From: Eubacteriales bacterium
GTDB lineage: Bacteria; Bacillota; Clostridia; Oscillospirales; CAG-272
Reading direction: 5' to 3'
DNA: 64,000 bases
NCBI GenBank assembly: GCA_045587445.1
Contig: JAZNCH010000065.1
Span: 1,416-65,415, forward strand
Positions within the stretch are counted from its first letter, which is position 1. Every line of letters begins with the position of its first letter. Of this stretch, positions 38,663 through 50,155 are shown piece by piece. A program made the translations under genes and the position numbers. Under the pieces are notes generated by a model. That model was not told the origin of the DNA, did not search any database, and was given only the letters and a program-made list of their open reading frames with translations.

Positions 38663-39604
38663 TTATGTTTGGGGTTCCGTTACGTTCATCAAGGGGATAA
38701 AATAGCATTTAGCTTTAATTTCTTCAGAAAGCTCAAATTCGGATATGGAAGAACAGTAACCTGACGCTTTCAATTTAAACTCGATTTCACTCTCATCAAA
38801 ATGTCCCGCCTCGTTTCTTGAGGTATCGCGCAATATTGACAGTACGTTTTTTTCCTCGTCATAAGAAATTTCTATACCGTTTACGTATTCGTCGAAGAAT
38901 TCAACCGGAACGAACAAAGAATCCTCGTACTTTTCGGAATTTCCGTTCATTCTTATCTCTGTTCCGTTTATTTCAGCAAAGGGAGTTCCTATTTCAAAAC
39001 AAACGCTCTCCCCTGTTTTCTCATTTGTAATAAATCTGAGCCAATTTCGGTCGCCAGTCATAATAAATCCGAACTTTTCGGAGACTGCCGTCATATCAAC
39101 GTAAACATTACCGTCTTTGACGTACTTTTGGGTGTCGACGCTAATTGCTTTAAGGTCTTTTGCCTCGTGCTCAAGACACATCTTGAGCTTAAGGCCGTCG
39201 TATGCAGAAGGCTCTGTTGCAGTAAGATTAATATAGAAAGACAACGAAATCACGCCTGCAACCGCCGAAAATACAAGAATAAAAAGCACCGCATATGCGA
39301 TAAACAGACGACTTAATCCCTTTTTCTTTTTCTTGATTTTGTAACCTTGAGAACGCTTGGCAACACGCTTTACCTCTGGCAAATCGGGGTTAATTCTTTT
39401 AGCCTCTTTAGCTGAACGTCTTTTTGACGGAGTCTGGTCGTTTATATTCATACGCGCACCGCGATTTACAGGGGGACGGTTTTGAGGATTCTTCCCCGAT
39501 TTCGTATCGGGCGTTCTGTTTATTCTCGGTTTTTGGTTAACGTTTTTGTTAATTTTCTTGCCGTTATCGCCCTTAGAAATATCAGGGATTCTTTTTATTG
39601 CCAA
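38663..39604 (-). CDS. Bitopic membrane protein with a copper-amine-oxidase N-terminal-like (stalk) domain
   Basis: Basic disordered N-terminus, one TM helix, IG...A.ING and LFVPVEF motifs. Confidence 0.6.
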   Translation of the reverse strand: MAIKRIPDISKGDNGKKINKNVNQKPRINRTPDTKSGKNPQNRPPVNRGARMNINDQTPSKRRSAKEAKRINPDLPEVKRVAKRSQGYKIKKKKKGLSRLFIAYAVLFILVFSAVAGVISLSFYINLTATEPSAYDGLKLKMCLEHEAKDLKAISVDTQKYVKDGNVYVDMTAVSEKFGFIMTGDRNWLRFITNEKTGESVCFEIGTPFAEINGTEIRMNGNSEKYEDSLFVPVEFFDEYVNGIEISYDEEKNVLSILRDTSRNEAGHFDESEIEFKLKASGYCSSISEFELSEEIKAKCYFIPLMNVTEPQT

Positions 39605-39790
39605 TGTCTCTCACCTCACAACACGCAAAAATAAACTCATTAATTATTTGTATATTATACCATACAGAGCTAAAAAATGCAATAGAATTGCAAAATGTTG
39701 TTTTTGATAGAGGATTAAAGTTTTTCAGCTTATTGCAAGTTAAACATTTAGACTTTTTGGGCTTCTACGGTAAAAAATATAAAAAAACTC

Positions 39791-39965
39791 TTGACAAAAG
39801 AAATCAACCGTGTTATAATCACAAGGTAAAAAAGAAGCAGAACGCTCCGTTCTCACCCATAAAGCATTGACTTATATGCGGTTAATAGATTGTTAAGTAA
39901 GGCTGAGATTTTGGCTTTAGTTACGTTTATTGTGCGGAGTTGTTACTGAATTCCGTGCATTTTTT
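39791..39965 (+). promoter_or_regulatory. SigA promoter and L20 leader RNA
   Basis: TTGACA-N17-TATAAT; AGAAGCAGAACGCTCCGTTCTCACC motif and terminator-like hairpin before infC-rpmI-rplT. Confidence 0.75.
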
Positions 39966-39987
39966 ATTTTTGTGGAGGTGTTTTATA

Positions 39988-40539
39988 ATAAAAAACACAA
40001 GTGCTAAGGACAACATCATAAACGAGGATATTAAAGCAGAGCTTAAATGCTCGGACTCAAAGATGTTCAGGGTAATTTCAAACGAAGGCGAACAGCTTGG
40101 TATGCTGACCTTTATCGACGCATTGGAGAAGGCTTATGACGAGGATCTTGATTTGGTACTTATGTCAGCTCAATCCGATCCGCCCGTATGCAAGATTATG
40201 GACTACGGAAAGTTCCGTTTTGACCGCGACAAGAGCGAGAAGGAAGCGAAGAAGAAACAGCAGACCATTGAAACGAAAGAGATACAGCTTTCGTGCAGAA
40301 TTGACGTAAACGATTTCAACACCAAGGTTAACCACGCTCACAGATTTTTGAAGAGCGGAAACAAGGTAAAGGTAATCGTAAAATTCAAGGGACGTCAGAT
40401 GACACATCTTGACATAGGAAAGCAGTTGCTTGAACAGTTTAAGGAAGCATGTAATGAGCTTGGCACTGTAGAAAAGCCGCCCGTACTTGAAGGCAGATTT
40501 ATGTCAATGATGATAGTTCCGGCAAAAGCCACAAAGTAA
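39988..40539 (+). CDS. infC: Translation initiation factor IF-3 (non-AUG ATA start)
   Basis: INE.I, PPVCKIMDYGKF, FKGRQ; GGAGG followed by in-frame ATA codons at 39985/39988 and no ATG. Confidence 0.93.
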   Translation: MKNTSAKDNIINEDIKAELKCSDSKMFRVISNEGEQLGMLTFIDALEKAYDEDLDLVLMSAQSDPPVCKIMDYGKFRFDRDKSEKEAKKKQQTIETKEIQLSCRIDVNDFNTKVNHAHRFLKSGNKVKVIVKFKGRQMTHLDIGKQLLEQFKEACNELGTVEKPPVLEGRFMSMMIVPAKATK

Positions 40540-40619
40540 AAAACAAAAAATATGTAAAGTATTGCGATACCGTAAAAGAAAACGGGATACCGCATAAAAT
40601 ACGAAAGGAGTCCATTACT

Positions 40620-40811
40620 ATGGGAAAAATGAAAACACACAGCGCCTCTGCCAAGAGATTTACTCTCACAAAGAGCGGCAAGGTAAAGATTAACCATTCG
40701 CATCACCGTCATAACCTCGGTCTTAAGAACGCAAAGCGTAAGAGAAGCCTCAGAAAAGCTGGTTACCTCAGCGAATCTATGGCACCGACAGTTAGAACAC
40801 TTATTAAATAA
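40620..40811 (+). CDS. rpmI: 50S ribosomal protein L35
   Basis: KMKTH..SAKRF..T.SGK. Confidence 0.96.
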   Translation: MGKMKTHSASAKRFTLTKSGKVKINHSHHRHNLGLKNAKRKRSLRKAGYLSESMAPTVRTLIK

Positions 40812-40845
40812 TTGATAAATTGATTGAAAACAGGAGGAAAAAACA

Positions 40846-41202
40846 ATGGCAAGAGTTAAAGGCGCTATGATGACTCGTAAGAGAAGAAATAAAATACTCA
40901 AGCTCGCTAAAGGTTACTGGGGCGCAAAGAGTAAGCACTTCAAGATGGCTAAACAGGCCGTAATGAAAAGCGGCAACTATGCATACATCGGCAGAAAACA
41001 GAAGAAGAGAGATTTCCGTGCACTCTGGATTACCAGAATTTCTGCTCAGGCAAAGGTAAACGGAATCAACTATTCACAGCTTATGCATGGTCTTAAGTTG
41101 GCAGGCATCAACCTCAACAGAAAGATGCTTTCTGAAATTGCAGTATCCGATAAGGAAGCATTCGCTGCAATCGTAGAAAAAGCTAAAGAAGCACTTAAAT
41201 AA
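40846..41202 (+). CDS. rplT: 50S ribosomal protein L20
   Basis: [28 protein letters not shown]. Confidence 0.98.
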   Translation: MARVKGAMMTRKRRNKILKLAKGYWGAKSKHFKMAKQAVMKSGNYAYIGRKQKKRDFRALWITRISAQAKVNGINYSQLMHGLKLAGINLNRKMLSEIAVSDKEAFAAIVEKAKEALK

Positions 41203-41331
41203 GTTCGATTACTGACAAAAACCCGGATTTTCCCGGGTTTTTGTGCTACAATCGGCAATGTATTTTTTTGTCAAAAGAAAGCAAACAAAGCAAGATTAGA
41301 AGTTATTTTCTCAAAAAAGGAGGTTACTGTT

Positions 41332-42114
41332 TTGGATATAATAACAAGCCGAAACAACAGTCTTATTGTTGAAACGGCAAAATTGAAAGACAAGAAATAC
41401 CGTGAAGAAATGAGAACCTTTCTTTTTGAGGGAATAAAGCTGACAAGAGAAGCGATAATGCAAGGCGTTGAAATCACGCACATTTTCCTGACGGAAAAAT
41501 GTGCTGATAAATACCCCGATTTAGCGGCGAGAAAAGAAGCCGTTATTATAGGCGACTCGGTTTGCTCGAAGATTTCGGAAAACAATGCTCCCGAGGGCAT
41601 TATTTGTACGGCAAGATACCTCGACAATCTTCACAAAGAATATACATCGGCAAATATGATAGACTTAAAAAACAGTTGTCTTATACTATCGACTATTCAA
41701 GATCCCGGCAATTTAGGAACAATAGCAAGAACGTCTGCGGCATTCGGCAAAAAGACACTAATATTATCAAGCGACTGTGCGGATATATATAACCAAAAGA
41801 CGATAAGAGCGTCTATGGGAGCTATCTTCAGAACGACAACCTACAGAACGCTCGACCTCTGCAAGACGATAAAAGAGATAAGAGAAAGAGGTCAAGACGT
41901 TTTCGCAACAGCCCTCACCGAAAAAGCCCTGCCTTTAAGCTCGGTAAAGAATCCAAAAGGTTGTTGCTTTGTAATGGGCAATGAAGGACACGGACTTTCA
42001 GAGGACGTAATAGACAGTTGTACGGGAACGGTTATAATTCCAATGGAAAAGGATGCGGAATCGCTCAACGTTTCATCGGCGGCATCCGTTATACTTTGGG
42101 AAGCATACAGGTGA
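41332..42114 (+). CDS. TrmH/SpoU family RNA methyltransferase
   Basis: QDPGNLGTI.R, RASMG, GNEG.G, ESLNV; TTG start after AGGAGG. Confidence 0.92.
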   Translation: MDIITSRNNSLIVETAKLKDKKYREEMRTFLFEGIKLTREAIMQGVEITHIFLTEKCADKYPDLAARKEAVIIGDSVCSKISENNAPEGIICTARYLDNLHKEYTSANMIDLKNSCLILSTIQDPGNLGTIARTSAAFGKKTLILSSDCADIYNQKTIRASMGAIFRTTTYRTLDLCKTIKEIRERGQDVFATALTEKALPLSSVKNPKGCCFVMGNEGHGLSEDVIDSCTGTVIIPMEKDAESLNVSSAASVILWEAYR

Positions 42115-42124
42115 AAAAATATAT

Positions 42125-43357
42125 ATGAATAATTTACTTTATTGGGTATGGCTCAGTGAGAAATGTACGCCAAACACCCCTATTTTCAGTATTCTCTATC
42201 ATCACTTCGGCTCTATTGAAAGAATATACGAATCTACCGAAGATGAACTGAAGAACATATACGGGCTACCAAAACAAAAAATAAAATCATTACTTGATAA
42301 AAGAACGAACAGAGCCCAAGAGATATTAAACGAGTGCTTGAAAAACAATATAAGTCTTCTTCCCTATTCGGAAGAACTCTTCCCCACAAGGCTCAGAACA
42401 ATAAAGAACCCGCCGGTGCTACTTTATTATAAAGGAAAACTTCCCGAATTCGATAAAGAACTGTGCATAGGAACGGTAGGAACGAGAACCCCCTCTTCTT
42501 ACGGCTGTCGATGTGCATATGAAATAGCGTTTGACCTCGCTTTAAGCGGAGCGTACGTTATAAGCGGTATGGCATTGGGAATAGATTCAATATGCCACAG
42601 TGCAGCTCTCGATGCGGGCGGAAAGACCGTTGCTGTATTGGGGTGCGGTATAGATATTATATATCCGAAAGAAAATGCCGATTTATATAACAGACTTTCT
42701 GCAAACAGTACGATTATTTCCGAATATTCACCGGGAACATCGGCTACACGTTACACTTTCCCGCAGAGAAACCGAATAATAAGCGGACTTTCATTGGGAA
42801 CGCTTGTCGTTGAAGCCCGGCAAAAAAGCGGAGCTATGATAACGGCACAAATGGCAGCAGAGCAAAACAGAGACGTATTTGCAATTCCGGGCAGAGTTGG
42901 AGAAGCGAACAGCACAGGGCCGAATCATCTTATTCGCTCAGGTGCAAAATCGGTAAGCATTGCCGACGACATTTTACGCGAATACGAATTTCTGTTTCCC
43001 GACAAAATAAAGATGTCAAAGTCAGCAACAAAACAAAAAAAGAACCCTTACGCTGCTTTGAACAGTAATTCAACCCCCATTGTAAAAAACCAAGCAAATA
43101 ATACCATAAGCACTACAAAGGTTCAAACAACAGAAAGTGAACCTGTACTTGAAGAAAAGAAAGAATATCTTGAAAATCTTCCGGAAGAACAAAAAAACAT
43201 ATGTATGTGTTTGTCCAAAACTCAACCCGTTACCCTTGAAGAAATTGTAAACATTACAAATTATTCGGTATCAAACACCATGTCGGCATTGACAATTTTG
43301 GAAATACAAGGTATAGTAAATGCTGTGCCCGGCGGAGGATTTCTGTTGGCACAATAA
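42125..43357 (+). CDS. dprA: DNA-processing protein DprA
   Basis: VGTR, SGMA.GID, YPKEN, FPQRNRIISG, SGAMITA. Confidence 0.95.
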   Translation: MNNLLYWVWLSEKCTPNTPIFSILYHHFGSIERIYESTEDELKNIYGLPKQKIKSLLDKRTNRAQEILNECLKNNISLLPYSEELFPTRLRTIKNPPVLLYYKGKLPEFDKELCIGTVGTRTPSSYGCRCAYEIAFDLALSGAYVISGMALGIDSICHSAALDAGGKTVAVLGCGIDIIYPKENADLYNRLSANSTIISEYSPGTSATRYTFPQRNRIISGLSLGTLVVEARQKSGAMITAQMAAEQNRDVFAIPGRVGEANSTGPNHLIRSGAKSVSIADDILREYEFLFPDKIKMSKSATKQKKNPYAALNSNSTPIVKNQANNTISTTKVQTTESEPVLEEKKEYLENLPEEQKNICMCLSKTQPVTLEEIVNITNYSVSNTMSALTILEIQGIVNAVPGGGFLLAQ

Positions 43358-43397
43358 ACAATTTTAAAACTTAATCCCATTTTTTTGAGGTGTATAT

Positions 43398-45680
43398 ATG
43401 TCAAATCTCGTAATAGTTGAGTCCCCAGCAAAAGCAAATACAATAAAAGGATACCTCGGAAGCGGCTACAAGGTAACAGCTTCAAAGGGCCACGTAAGAG
43501 ACCTTCCGAAAAGCTCTCTCGGGGTTGATATTGAAAACAATTTCGAGGCACATTATATAAATATAAGAGGAAAAGGGCCGCTTATCGCAGAGCTAAAAAA
43601 GGAAGCGAAGAACGCAAATAAAGTTTTTCTTGCAACTGACCCTGACCGCGAAGGAGAGGCAATCTCGTGGCATCTTGCGACGGCTTTAGGTATCGATCCC
43701 GCAAAAGCCAAGAGAATTTCTTTTAATGAAATTACAAAATCAGCCGTTAAAGCGGCAATAAAGAATCCACAGCCCATAAATATGGACCTTGTAAACTCTC
43801 AGCAAACAAGACGAATCCTCGACAGAATAGTTGGTTATAAGGCAAGTCCTTTCCTTTGGAAAACCCTCAAAAGCGGACTTTCCGCAGGACGCGTTCAGTC
43901 TGTTGCCACACGTCTTATAGTTGAGCGCGAAGAAGAAATAAGAGCGTTTGTTCCCACAGAATATTGGACGATTACAGCACAGCTTTTGACAGAAAAAGCA
44001 AAGAGCTTCAAGTCAAGCTTTTATGGCGATAAAAACGGAAAAATTGAGCTTCATAACCAAGAAGACGCAGACAAGATTTATAATGTTGTTAAAAACGGTC
44101 CCTTCGTCGTAAGCTCGGTAAAAAAGGCAATTAAAAACCGTAACCCCGCGCCTCCATTTACGACTTCAACACTTCAGCAGGAGGCTTCAAGAAAGCTTAA
44201 CTTCCGTTCACAAAAGATAATGCAGATAGCACAAGAGCTTTATGAAGGTATAAATATCGGCAGCGAAAACGGCGGCGTTCACGGTCTTATAACCTATATG
44301 CGTACCGATTCACTCCGTATATCCCAAGAAGCATCATCAAGTGCCGAAAACTATATAAAGAGCAAATACGGAGAAGAATATTACCCCGCACAAAAGAGAT
44401 TTTATAAATCGAAATCGACGGCTCAGGACGCCCACGAAGCTATTCGTCCCGCTTCCCTTGATTTTGAACCCGAACGTATAAAGAAATATCTTTCTACCGA
44501 CCAATACAAGCTTTATAAGCTTATTTGGGACAGATTTTTGGCTTCTCAGATGGCATCGGCGCAGCTTAATACGGTTAACGCAGAAATAGAATCAAACGGA
44601 TATATTTTCCATTCAAGCGGATATAACGTAAAGTTCCCCGGATTTTTGTCAGTATATGACCCCGGAGATTACGGTGAATTTGCAGATACCGAAAAACAGG
44701 CAAGTCCCATTGAAATAAACGAAGGCGAAAAGTTAAACTGCAAAGAGCTTTTGCCCGAACAGCATTTTACAGAACCCTCACCGAGATATACCGAAGCTTC
44801 TCTGGTTAAGCAGCTTGAAGAAAAAGGTATAGGCCGCCCTTCGACCTACACACCTATTATCACGACTATAATAGCAAGAGACTATGTAAAACGCGAAGGC
44901 AAATCGCTTAAGCCCACCTATCTTGGAGAGATGACGACCAAGCTTATAATGGAAAACTTCCCCGAGATTATCGACTACACGTTTACGGCACAGATGGAAG
45001 ATAAACTCGATGCCGTTGAAAACGGTAACGACGATATGCTTCACATTCTCTCCGAGTTTTACGAAGGCTTCAAAGTAAGTCTCGCGAAAGCGGAAGAGGC
45101 GGCAAAGAACGGCGAAATAGATATTCCCCCCGAAGAGACGGATATTATATGCGAACACTGCGGTGTGAAGATGATAGTAAAGAACGGCAGATACGGAAAG
45201 TTTGCCGCTTGTCCCAACTATCCCGAATGTAAGAACACAAAACCTCTTGACAAGGACGGAAAACCCAAAGAACCCAAGAAAGAAAAAGAGGAAAAACAGA
45301 CCGAATCCACAGGTATGATATGCGAGAAGTGCGGCTCTGAAATGGTTATCCGTTCGGGTAAATTTGGTTCTTTCTACGCTTGCTCGGCTTATCCGAAATG
45401 CCGTAACACAAAGCAGATAACCAAAGATATAGGTGTATCCTGCCCCATTTGCGGTTCAAAAATCGTAACAAAGCAGGGCGGAAAGAAGCACATTACTTTC
45501 TATAGCTGTGAAAAATATCCCGAGTGTAACTTTTCGTCATGGGATATGCCGACAGGCGAAAAATGCCCACAATGCGGCGATGCTCTTCTTATGAAGAAGC
45601 GTAAAAAGTTAGTATATTGCAGAAACGAAAAATGCGGATACAGCCGCGAAGAAAATAAAAAGGCAAAAGATGAAGAATGA
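43398..45680 (+). CDS. topA: DNA topoisomerase I
   Basis: VESPAKA, DPDREGE, SAGRVQS, TYMRTD, GIGRPST, C-terminal Zn ribbons. Confidence 0.97.
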   Translation: MSNLVIVESPAKANTIKGYLGSGYKVTASKGHVRDLPKSSLGVDIENNFEAHYINIRGKGPLIAELKKEAKNANKVFLATDPDREGEAISWHLATALGIDPAKAKRISFNEITKSAVKAAIKNPQPINMDLVNSQQTRRILDRIVGYKASPFLWKTLKSGLSAGRVQSVATRLIVEREEEIRAFVPTEYWTITAQLLTEKAKSFKSSFYGDKNGKIELHNQEDADKIYNVVKNGPFVVSSVKKAIKNRNPAPPFTTSTLQQEASRKLNFRSQKIMQIAQELYEGINIGSENGGVHGLITYMRTDSLRISQEASSSAENYIKSKYGEEYYPAQKRFYKSKSTAQDAHEAIRPASLDFEPERIKKYLSTDQYKLYKLIWDRFLASQMASAQLNTVNAEIESNGYIFHSSGYNVKFPGFLSVYDPGDYGEFADTEKQASPIEINEGEKLNCKELLPEQHFTEPSPRYTEASLVKQLEEKGIGRPSTYTPIITTIIARDYVKREGKSLKPTYLGEMTTKLIMENFPEIIDYTFTAQMEDKLDAVENGNDDMLHILSEFYEGFKVSLAKAEEAAKNGEIDIPPEETDIICEHCGVKMIVKNGRYGKFAACPNYPECKNTKPLDKDGKPKEPKKEKEEKQTESTGMICEKCGSEMVIRSGKFGSFYACSAYPKCRNTKQITKDIGVSCPICGSKIVTKQGGKKHITFYSCEKYPECNFSSWDMPTGEKCPQCGDALLMKKRKKLVYCRNEKCGYSREENKKAKDEE

Positions 45681-46998
45681 TAAGATAAATATATTTGGAG
45701 CCGGTCTTGCGGGCTGTGAAGCGGCCTATCAGGCGGCAAAAAGAGGCGTCTTGGTTGACCTTTACGAGATGAAACCTAAGAAAAAGACTCCCGCACACAC
45801 CTCGGATAATTTAGCTGAGCTTGTATGCTCAAACTCACTCAGAAGCAACGTTTTGACAAATGCTGTCGGTCTGCTTAAAGAAGAATTGAACCTTATGGAT
45901 TCGCTTATAATTAGAGCAGCATACGCGACACAGGTTGAAGCAGGCTCGGCATTGGCTGTAGACAGACATAAATTTTCCGAATATATCACAAAAGAGATAA
46001 AAGAAAATCCCCTCATAAACCTTATCGAAGAAGAAATCACCTCAATCCCCGAAGACGAAATAACGGTTGTTGCCACCGGTCCTTTAACCTCTGACGCTTT
46101 TTCCGAATATCTTGAAAGCTTCCTCGGCAAGAGTCATTTGTCATTCTTTGACGCGTCAGCTCCCATAGTTGAATATTCCACCCTTGATATGAACAAGATA
46201 TATGCGGCATCGCGTTACGGCAAGGGCGAGGCATCGTACCTTAACTGCCCTATGACGAAAGAGGAATATGATTTATTTTATAACGAGCTTATAAACGCAG
46301 AAGAAGCACACTTAAAGGAATTTGATTCCGATTCACAGAAGAAGCCTAACGTTTTTGAGGGTTGCATGCCGGTAGAGGTTATGGCAAGAAGAGGCTATGA
46401 CACTCTGCGTTACGGTCCTTTGAAGCCTGTAGGTCTTCCCGACCCCAAAACGGGCAAAGAGCCTTATGCTGTTATTCAGCTTCGTCAGGAAAATGCCGAA
46501 AAGACTATGTATAACTTAGTTGGATTCCAAACACATTTGACTTTCGGTGAACAAAAGAGAGTATTTTCTCTGATACCGGGTCTTGAAAACGCAAACTTTT
46601 TGCGTTACGGTGTCATGCACAGAAATACTTTTATAAACTCCCCCGCTTGCTTAGACTGTTTTTATTCAATGCGAACAAAGCCAAACGTATTTTTCGCAGG
46701 ACAGATGACAGGTGTTGAGGGATACGTTGAGTCCACGTCAAGCGGTTTTGTTGCGGGTGTAAATGCGGCAAGACTTGCAAAGGGCGAAGAACTTATAGAT
46801 TTCCCCAACATTACGGCAATAGGTGCTTTGGCTCACTATATAAGCGACGAAAATGTTGTGAATTTCCAGCCTATGAATGCTAACTTCGGGCTTATTGCAA
46901 ACCTTGAAACCAAAGTAAAAGGCGGTAAACGCTTCAGAAACGAAGCCTTGGCAAACCGTTCAATTGAATATATAAACAGTATAAAAGATAAGATATAA
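45670..46998 (+). CDS. trmFO: Folate/FAD-dependent tRNA m5U54 methyltransferase
   Basis: [36 protein letters not shown]. Confidence 0.96.
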   Translation: MKNDKINIFGAGLAGCEAAYQAAKRGVLVDLYEMKPKKKTPAHTSDNLAELVCSNSLRSNVLTNAVGLLKEELNLMDSLIIRAAYATQVEAGSALAVDRHKFSEYITKEIKENPLINLIEEEITSIPEDEITVVATGPLTSDAFSEYLESFLGKSHLSFFDASAPIVEYSTLDMNKIYAASRYGKGEASYLNCPMTKEEYDLFYNELINAEEAHLKEFDSDSQKKPNVFEGCMPVEVMARRGYDTLRYGPLKPVGLPDPKTGKEPYAVIQLRQENAEKTMYNLVGFQTHLTFGEQKRVFSLIPGLENANFLRYGVMHRNTFINSPACLDCFYSMRTKPNVFFAGQMTGVEGYVESTSSGFVAGVNAARLAKGEELIDFPNITAIGALAHYISDENVVNFQPMNANFGLIANLETKVKGGKRFRNEALANRSIEYINSIKDKI

Positions 46999-47025
46999 TC
47001 CCCTAAACTTAATAGGAGAAAGTAT

Positions 47026-48057
47026 ATGAGAATTATCGTTGATATAATGGGTGCCGACAAAGAACCTGCAGAATTTGTAGAAGGGGCACTTATGGCAGCA
47101 AAAGAATACGGCTGTGATATAACCCTTGTAGGTGATGCACTTGATATTTATGCCGCATTTGAAAAGACAAAGCTACCAACCGACCGTATTGAGATAGTTG
47201 ACGCCCCCTACTATATAACTATGGAAGACTCGCCTATGAGTGTTGTCAAAGAAAAGAACAACTCATCTATGCACGAGGGCTTAAAGCTTCTTGCTGAGGG
47301 CAAGGGTGATGCATTTGTAAGTGCAGGTAATACAGGCGCGCTCCTTGCGGGTGCTACCTTTATCGTAAGAAGAATAAGAGGACTCAGAGCCGCGATAGGC
47401 ACGATTCTTCCCCTTGCGAAACCTGTATTGCTTGTGGATTCGGGTGCAAATATAAACGTTACTCCCGAAAACTTAGAACAGTTTGCAAGAATGGGTTCCA
47501 TTTATATGGAACGTCTGCACGGAATAAAGAGTCCAACGGTAGGGCTTCTTAACAACGGAACGGAAGCTACCAAAGGAACCGACCTCCACAGAGAGACGTA
47601 CCAAAAGTTAACCGATTCCGATATAAACTTTATAGGCAATATTGAAGGCAGAGATATTCCCTTTGCCAAGGCAGACGTCGTAGTTACCGATGGTTTTACA
47701 GGAAACGTTGTATTAAAACTGACAGAAGGCTTCGGCAAATTTATGATTGACCAATTGAAGTCCCTCTTTACGACCAATATTGTAAGCAAAGCTTCAGCTT
47801 TGGTTCTTACAACGACGTTAAAGGCGTTCAAGAAAAAATTTGACGCTTCTGAATACGGCGGAGCTCCCTTGCTCGGCATATCAAAGCCGGTTATCAAAGC
47901 ACACGGCTCGTCAGATGCAAAAGCGGTAAAGAACGCAATTAAACAGGCTATATATTACGTTAATACCGGAATAATAGTTGAAATTGCACGTCAGTCATCA
48001 CAGCTTGCAGTAAAATCAACAAAGAAAGAAACCGAAAAGACAGGCGAAGATAAATGA
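47026..48057 (+). CDS. plsX: Phosphate acyltransferase PlsX
   Basis: D.MG.D, SAGNTGA, DSGAN, DGFTGN, GGAPLLG, HGSS. Confidence 0.96.
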   Translation: MRIIVDIMGADKEPAEFVEGALMAAKEYGCDITLVGDALDIYAAFEKTKLPTDRIEIVDAPYYITMEDSPMSVVKEKNNSSMHEGLKLLAEGKGDAFVSAGNTGALLAGATFIVRRIRGLRAAIGTILPLAKPVLLVDSGANINVTPENLEQFARMGSIYMERLHGIKSPTVGLLNNGTEATKGTDLHRETYQKLTDSDINFIGNIEGRDIPFAKADVVVTDGFTGNVVLKLTEGFGKFMIDQLKSLFTTNIVSKASALVLTTTLKAFKKKFDASEYGGAPLLGISKPVIKAHGSSDAKAVKNAIKQAIYYVNTGIIVEIARQSSQLAVKSTKKETEKTGEDK

Positions 48058-48779
48058 ACATAAACAATATAAATGAGCTTATTGAGATAATAAAAGGACT
48101 TGAGGGTAAGTTGAATTACACCTTCAAGGATAAGCCCCTTTTGATAAAGGCACTGTCCCACTCATCTTTTGCAAATGAGCTTAAATCCAAAAATATAAAG
48201 ACGGAATGTAACGAGAGACTTGAATTTTTCGGCGACTCGGTTTTGTCTTTGACAGTAAGTGAATATCTTTATACAAACTATCCCGACCTGCCCGAAGGTG
48301 AGCTTTCAAAAGTAAGAGCAGGTACGGTATGTGAAAAGGCTCTTGCGAAATTTGCCCGCGAAATTGAACTCGGAAAGTATCTTTTTCTCGGACACGGTGA
48401 AGAGATTACAAACGGCAGAGAAAGACCGTCAATTCTTGCAGATGCATTTGAAGCGGTGCTGGCAGCTATGTTTATTGACGGCGGAATAGCCCCTGTAAAA
48501 GCCTTTCTTCTCCCCTTTGCGACCGAAGAGATAAAACAAATTATAGCAAGAGGAAATACTAAGGATTACAAATCTATGCTCCAGCAATTTATACAGCAGG
48601 AGCAGGGCGACGTGCTTGAATACAGACTTGTAAATGAAAGCGGCCCCGCCCACGAAAGAGTGTTTGAGACCGAAGCTTATTTGAATAATAACGTTATCGG
48701 AAAAGGTACAGGCAAAAGCAAACGCGAATCGGAACAGATGGCGGCGAAAGAAGCCTTGGCTCTGTTTGGACAGGCATAG
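48054..48779 (+). CDS. rnc: Ribonuclease III
   Basis: NERLEFFGD, ADAFEA, dsRBD. Confidence 0.96.
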   Translation: MNINNINELIEIIKGLEGKLNYTFKDKPLLIKALSHSSFANELKSKNIKTECNERLEFFGDSVLSLTVSEYLYTNYPDLPEGELSKVRAGTVCEKALAKFAREIELGKYLFLGHGEEITNGRERPSILADAFEAVLAAMFIDGGIAPVKAFLLPFATEEIKQIIARGNTKDYKSMLQQFIQQEQGDVLEYRLVNESGPAHERVFETEAYLNNNVIGKGTGKSKRESEQMAAKEALALFGQA

Positions 48780-49092
48780 AATAGATAACGTGGAAGCTTT
48801 TTGAAAAAAGTTTCCGCACCTTCAAAAACTTTGACTCTCTTGTAGTAGATTAAGGTTTTGATTGAACATTATAAATTATAATAATTAAGTTTTCTCATAA
48901 AAAATGGAATTCCATTTTGTCCGCAAACTTCACCTTTTTGAAACAGCCAAGGATGTGGGGAGAGTTTGAGAGGGTAATTATAAATATTAGATTTGTAGAA
49001 GTATTGTTTTTTTCCTGCCGACGTTGTCGGCTCGGCGTTTGAGATGGTTTCTCCCCTCTCAAATAAAAAATAATATTAACGGAGAATATAAA

Positions 49093-50103
49093 TTGAAACA
49101 CGTAAACATACCGGTATTTATACCGCATTTAGGTTGCCCGAATGACTGTGTTTTCTGTAATCAGAAACGCATTTCGGGCACATCTTCTTTTAATAAAAAT
49201 GACGTTGATAATATTATAAAAAACGCACTGTCAACCGTTGATACAGAAACTCACGAAACCGAGATAGCATTCTTCGGCGGAAGCTTTACAGGCATTGACA
49301 GAGAGGATATGATATACTTACTCGAAGTCGCTTATAAGTATATCAAAATGGGACTGGTATCTTCCATAAGACTGTCAACCCGCCCCGATTATATCGACGA
49401 CGAAATTCTAAGTATTTTGCAGTCGTATAAAGTCAAAAATATTGAACTCGGTCTTCAGTCAATGGACGAGAAAGTTTTAAAGCTTACCAAGCGCGGACAC
49501 ACATCGGAACAGGCTATAAACGCTTGTAAACTGATAAAAAAATACGGCTTCAATTTGATAGGTCAGATGATGATAGGTCTCCCCGGTTCAAGCCTTGAAA
49601 AAGAAATACATACTGCTGAAATAATAGCAAATTTATGCGACGGAGCAAGAGTTTACCCTACCGTTGTTTTAAGGGAAACCGAGCTTTGCAATATGGCAAA
49701 GCAAGGCGTATATACACCGCTTAAACTTGAAGACACGATTGAAAGAACAGGCGAAGTTTTGCTTGTGTTTGACAAGGCGGAAAAGACTGTTATAAGAATA
49801 GGTCTTCAATCGGGCGACGAATTATATGACCCCGACGTTGTATACGGCGGAGACTATCACCCCGCCATAGGTGAATTAGCCGAAAATTACGTATACTACA
49901 AAAAGATATGCGAACAGCTTGAAAACAAGCAAATTAACGGAAAAGACCTTGTAGTTTACTGTGCAAAAGGCTGTACCTCCAAGGTCGTCGGTCAGAAAAA
50001 AATAAACAAAATAAAGTTAACAAAAAATTATAATATAAAATCTCTGAAAATTGTTGAAAAAATCGATTTAAAGGGGTATAATGTTATATTAGACATATTA
50101 TGA
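49093..50103 (+). CDS. Radical SAM protein (Elp3/YhcC-like)
   Basis: CPNDCVFC motif, FFGGSFT, STRPD, ELGLQS; TTG start after GGAG. Confidence 0.9.
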   Translation: MKHVNIPVFIPHLGCPNDCVFCNQKRISGTSSFNKNDVDNIIKNALSTVDTETHETEIAFFGGSFTGIDREDMIYLLEVAYKYIKMGLVSSIRLSTRPDYIDDEILSILQSYKVKNIELGLQSMDEKVLKLTKRGHTSEQAINACKLIKKYGFNLIGQMMIGLPGSSLEKEIHTAEIIANLCDGARVYPTVVLRETELCNMAKQGVYTPLKLEDTIERTGEVLLVFDKAEKTVIRIGLQSGDELYDPDVVYGGDYHPAIGELAENYVYYKKICEQLENKQINGKDLVVYCAKGCTSKVVGQKKINKIKLTKNYNIKSLKIVEKIDLKGYNVILDIL

Positions 50104-50155
50104 TTATTTTAAGATAATTTAGAAAAAAATACCGAAAGGGGGCTAAAATGCGAAA

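Noticed and set aside
49093-50103. Radical SAM enzyme as a maturase for the Cys-rich peptide
   Set aside because: It lies 15 kb away in the housekeeping rnc-smc context and has no SPASM or RRE domain
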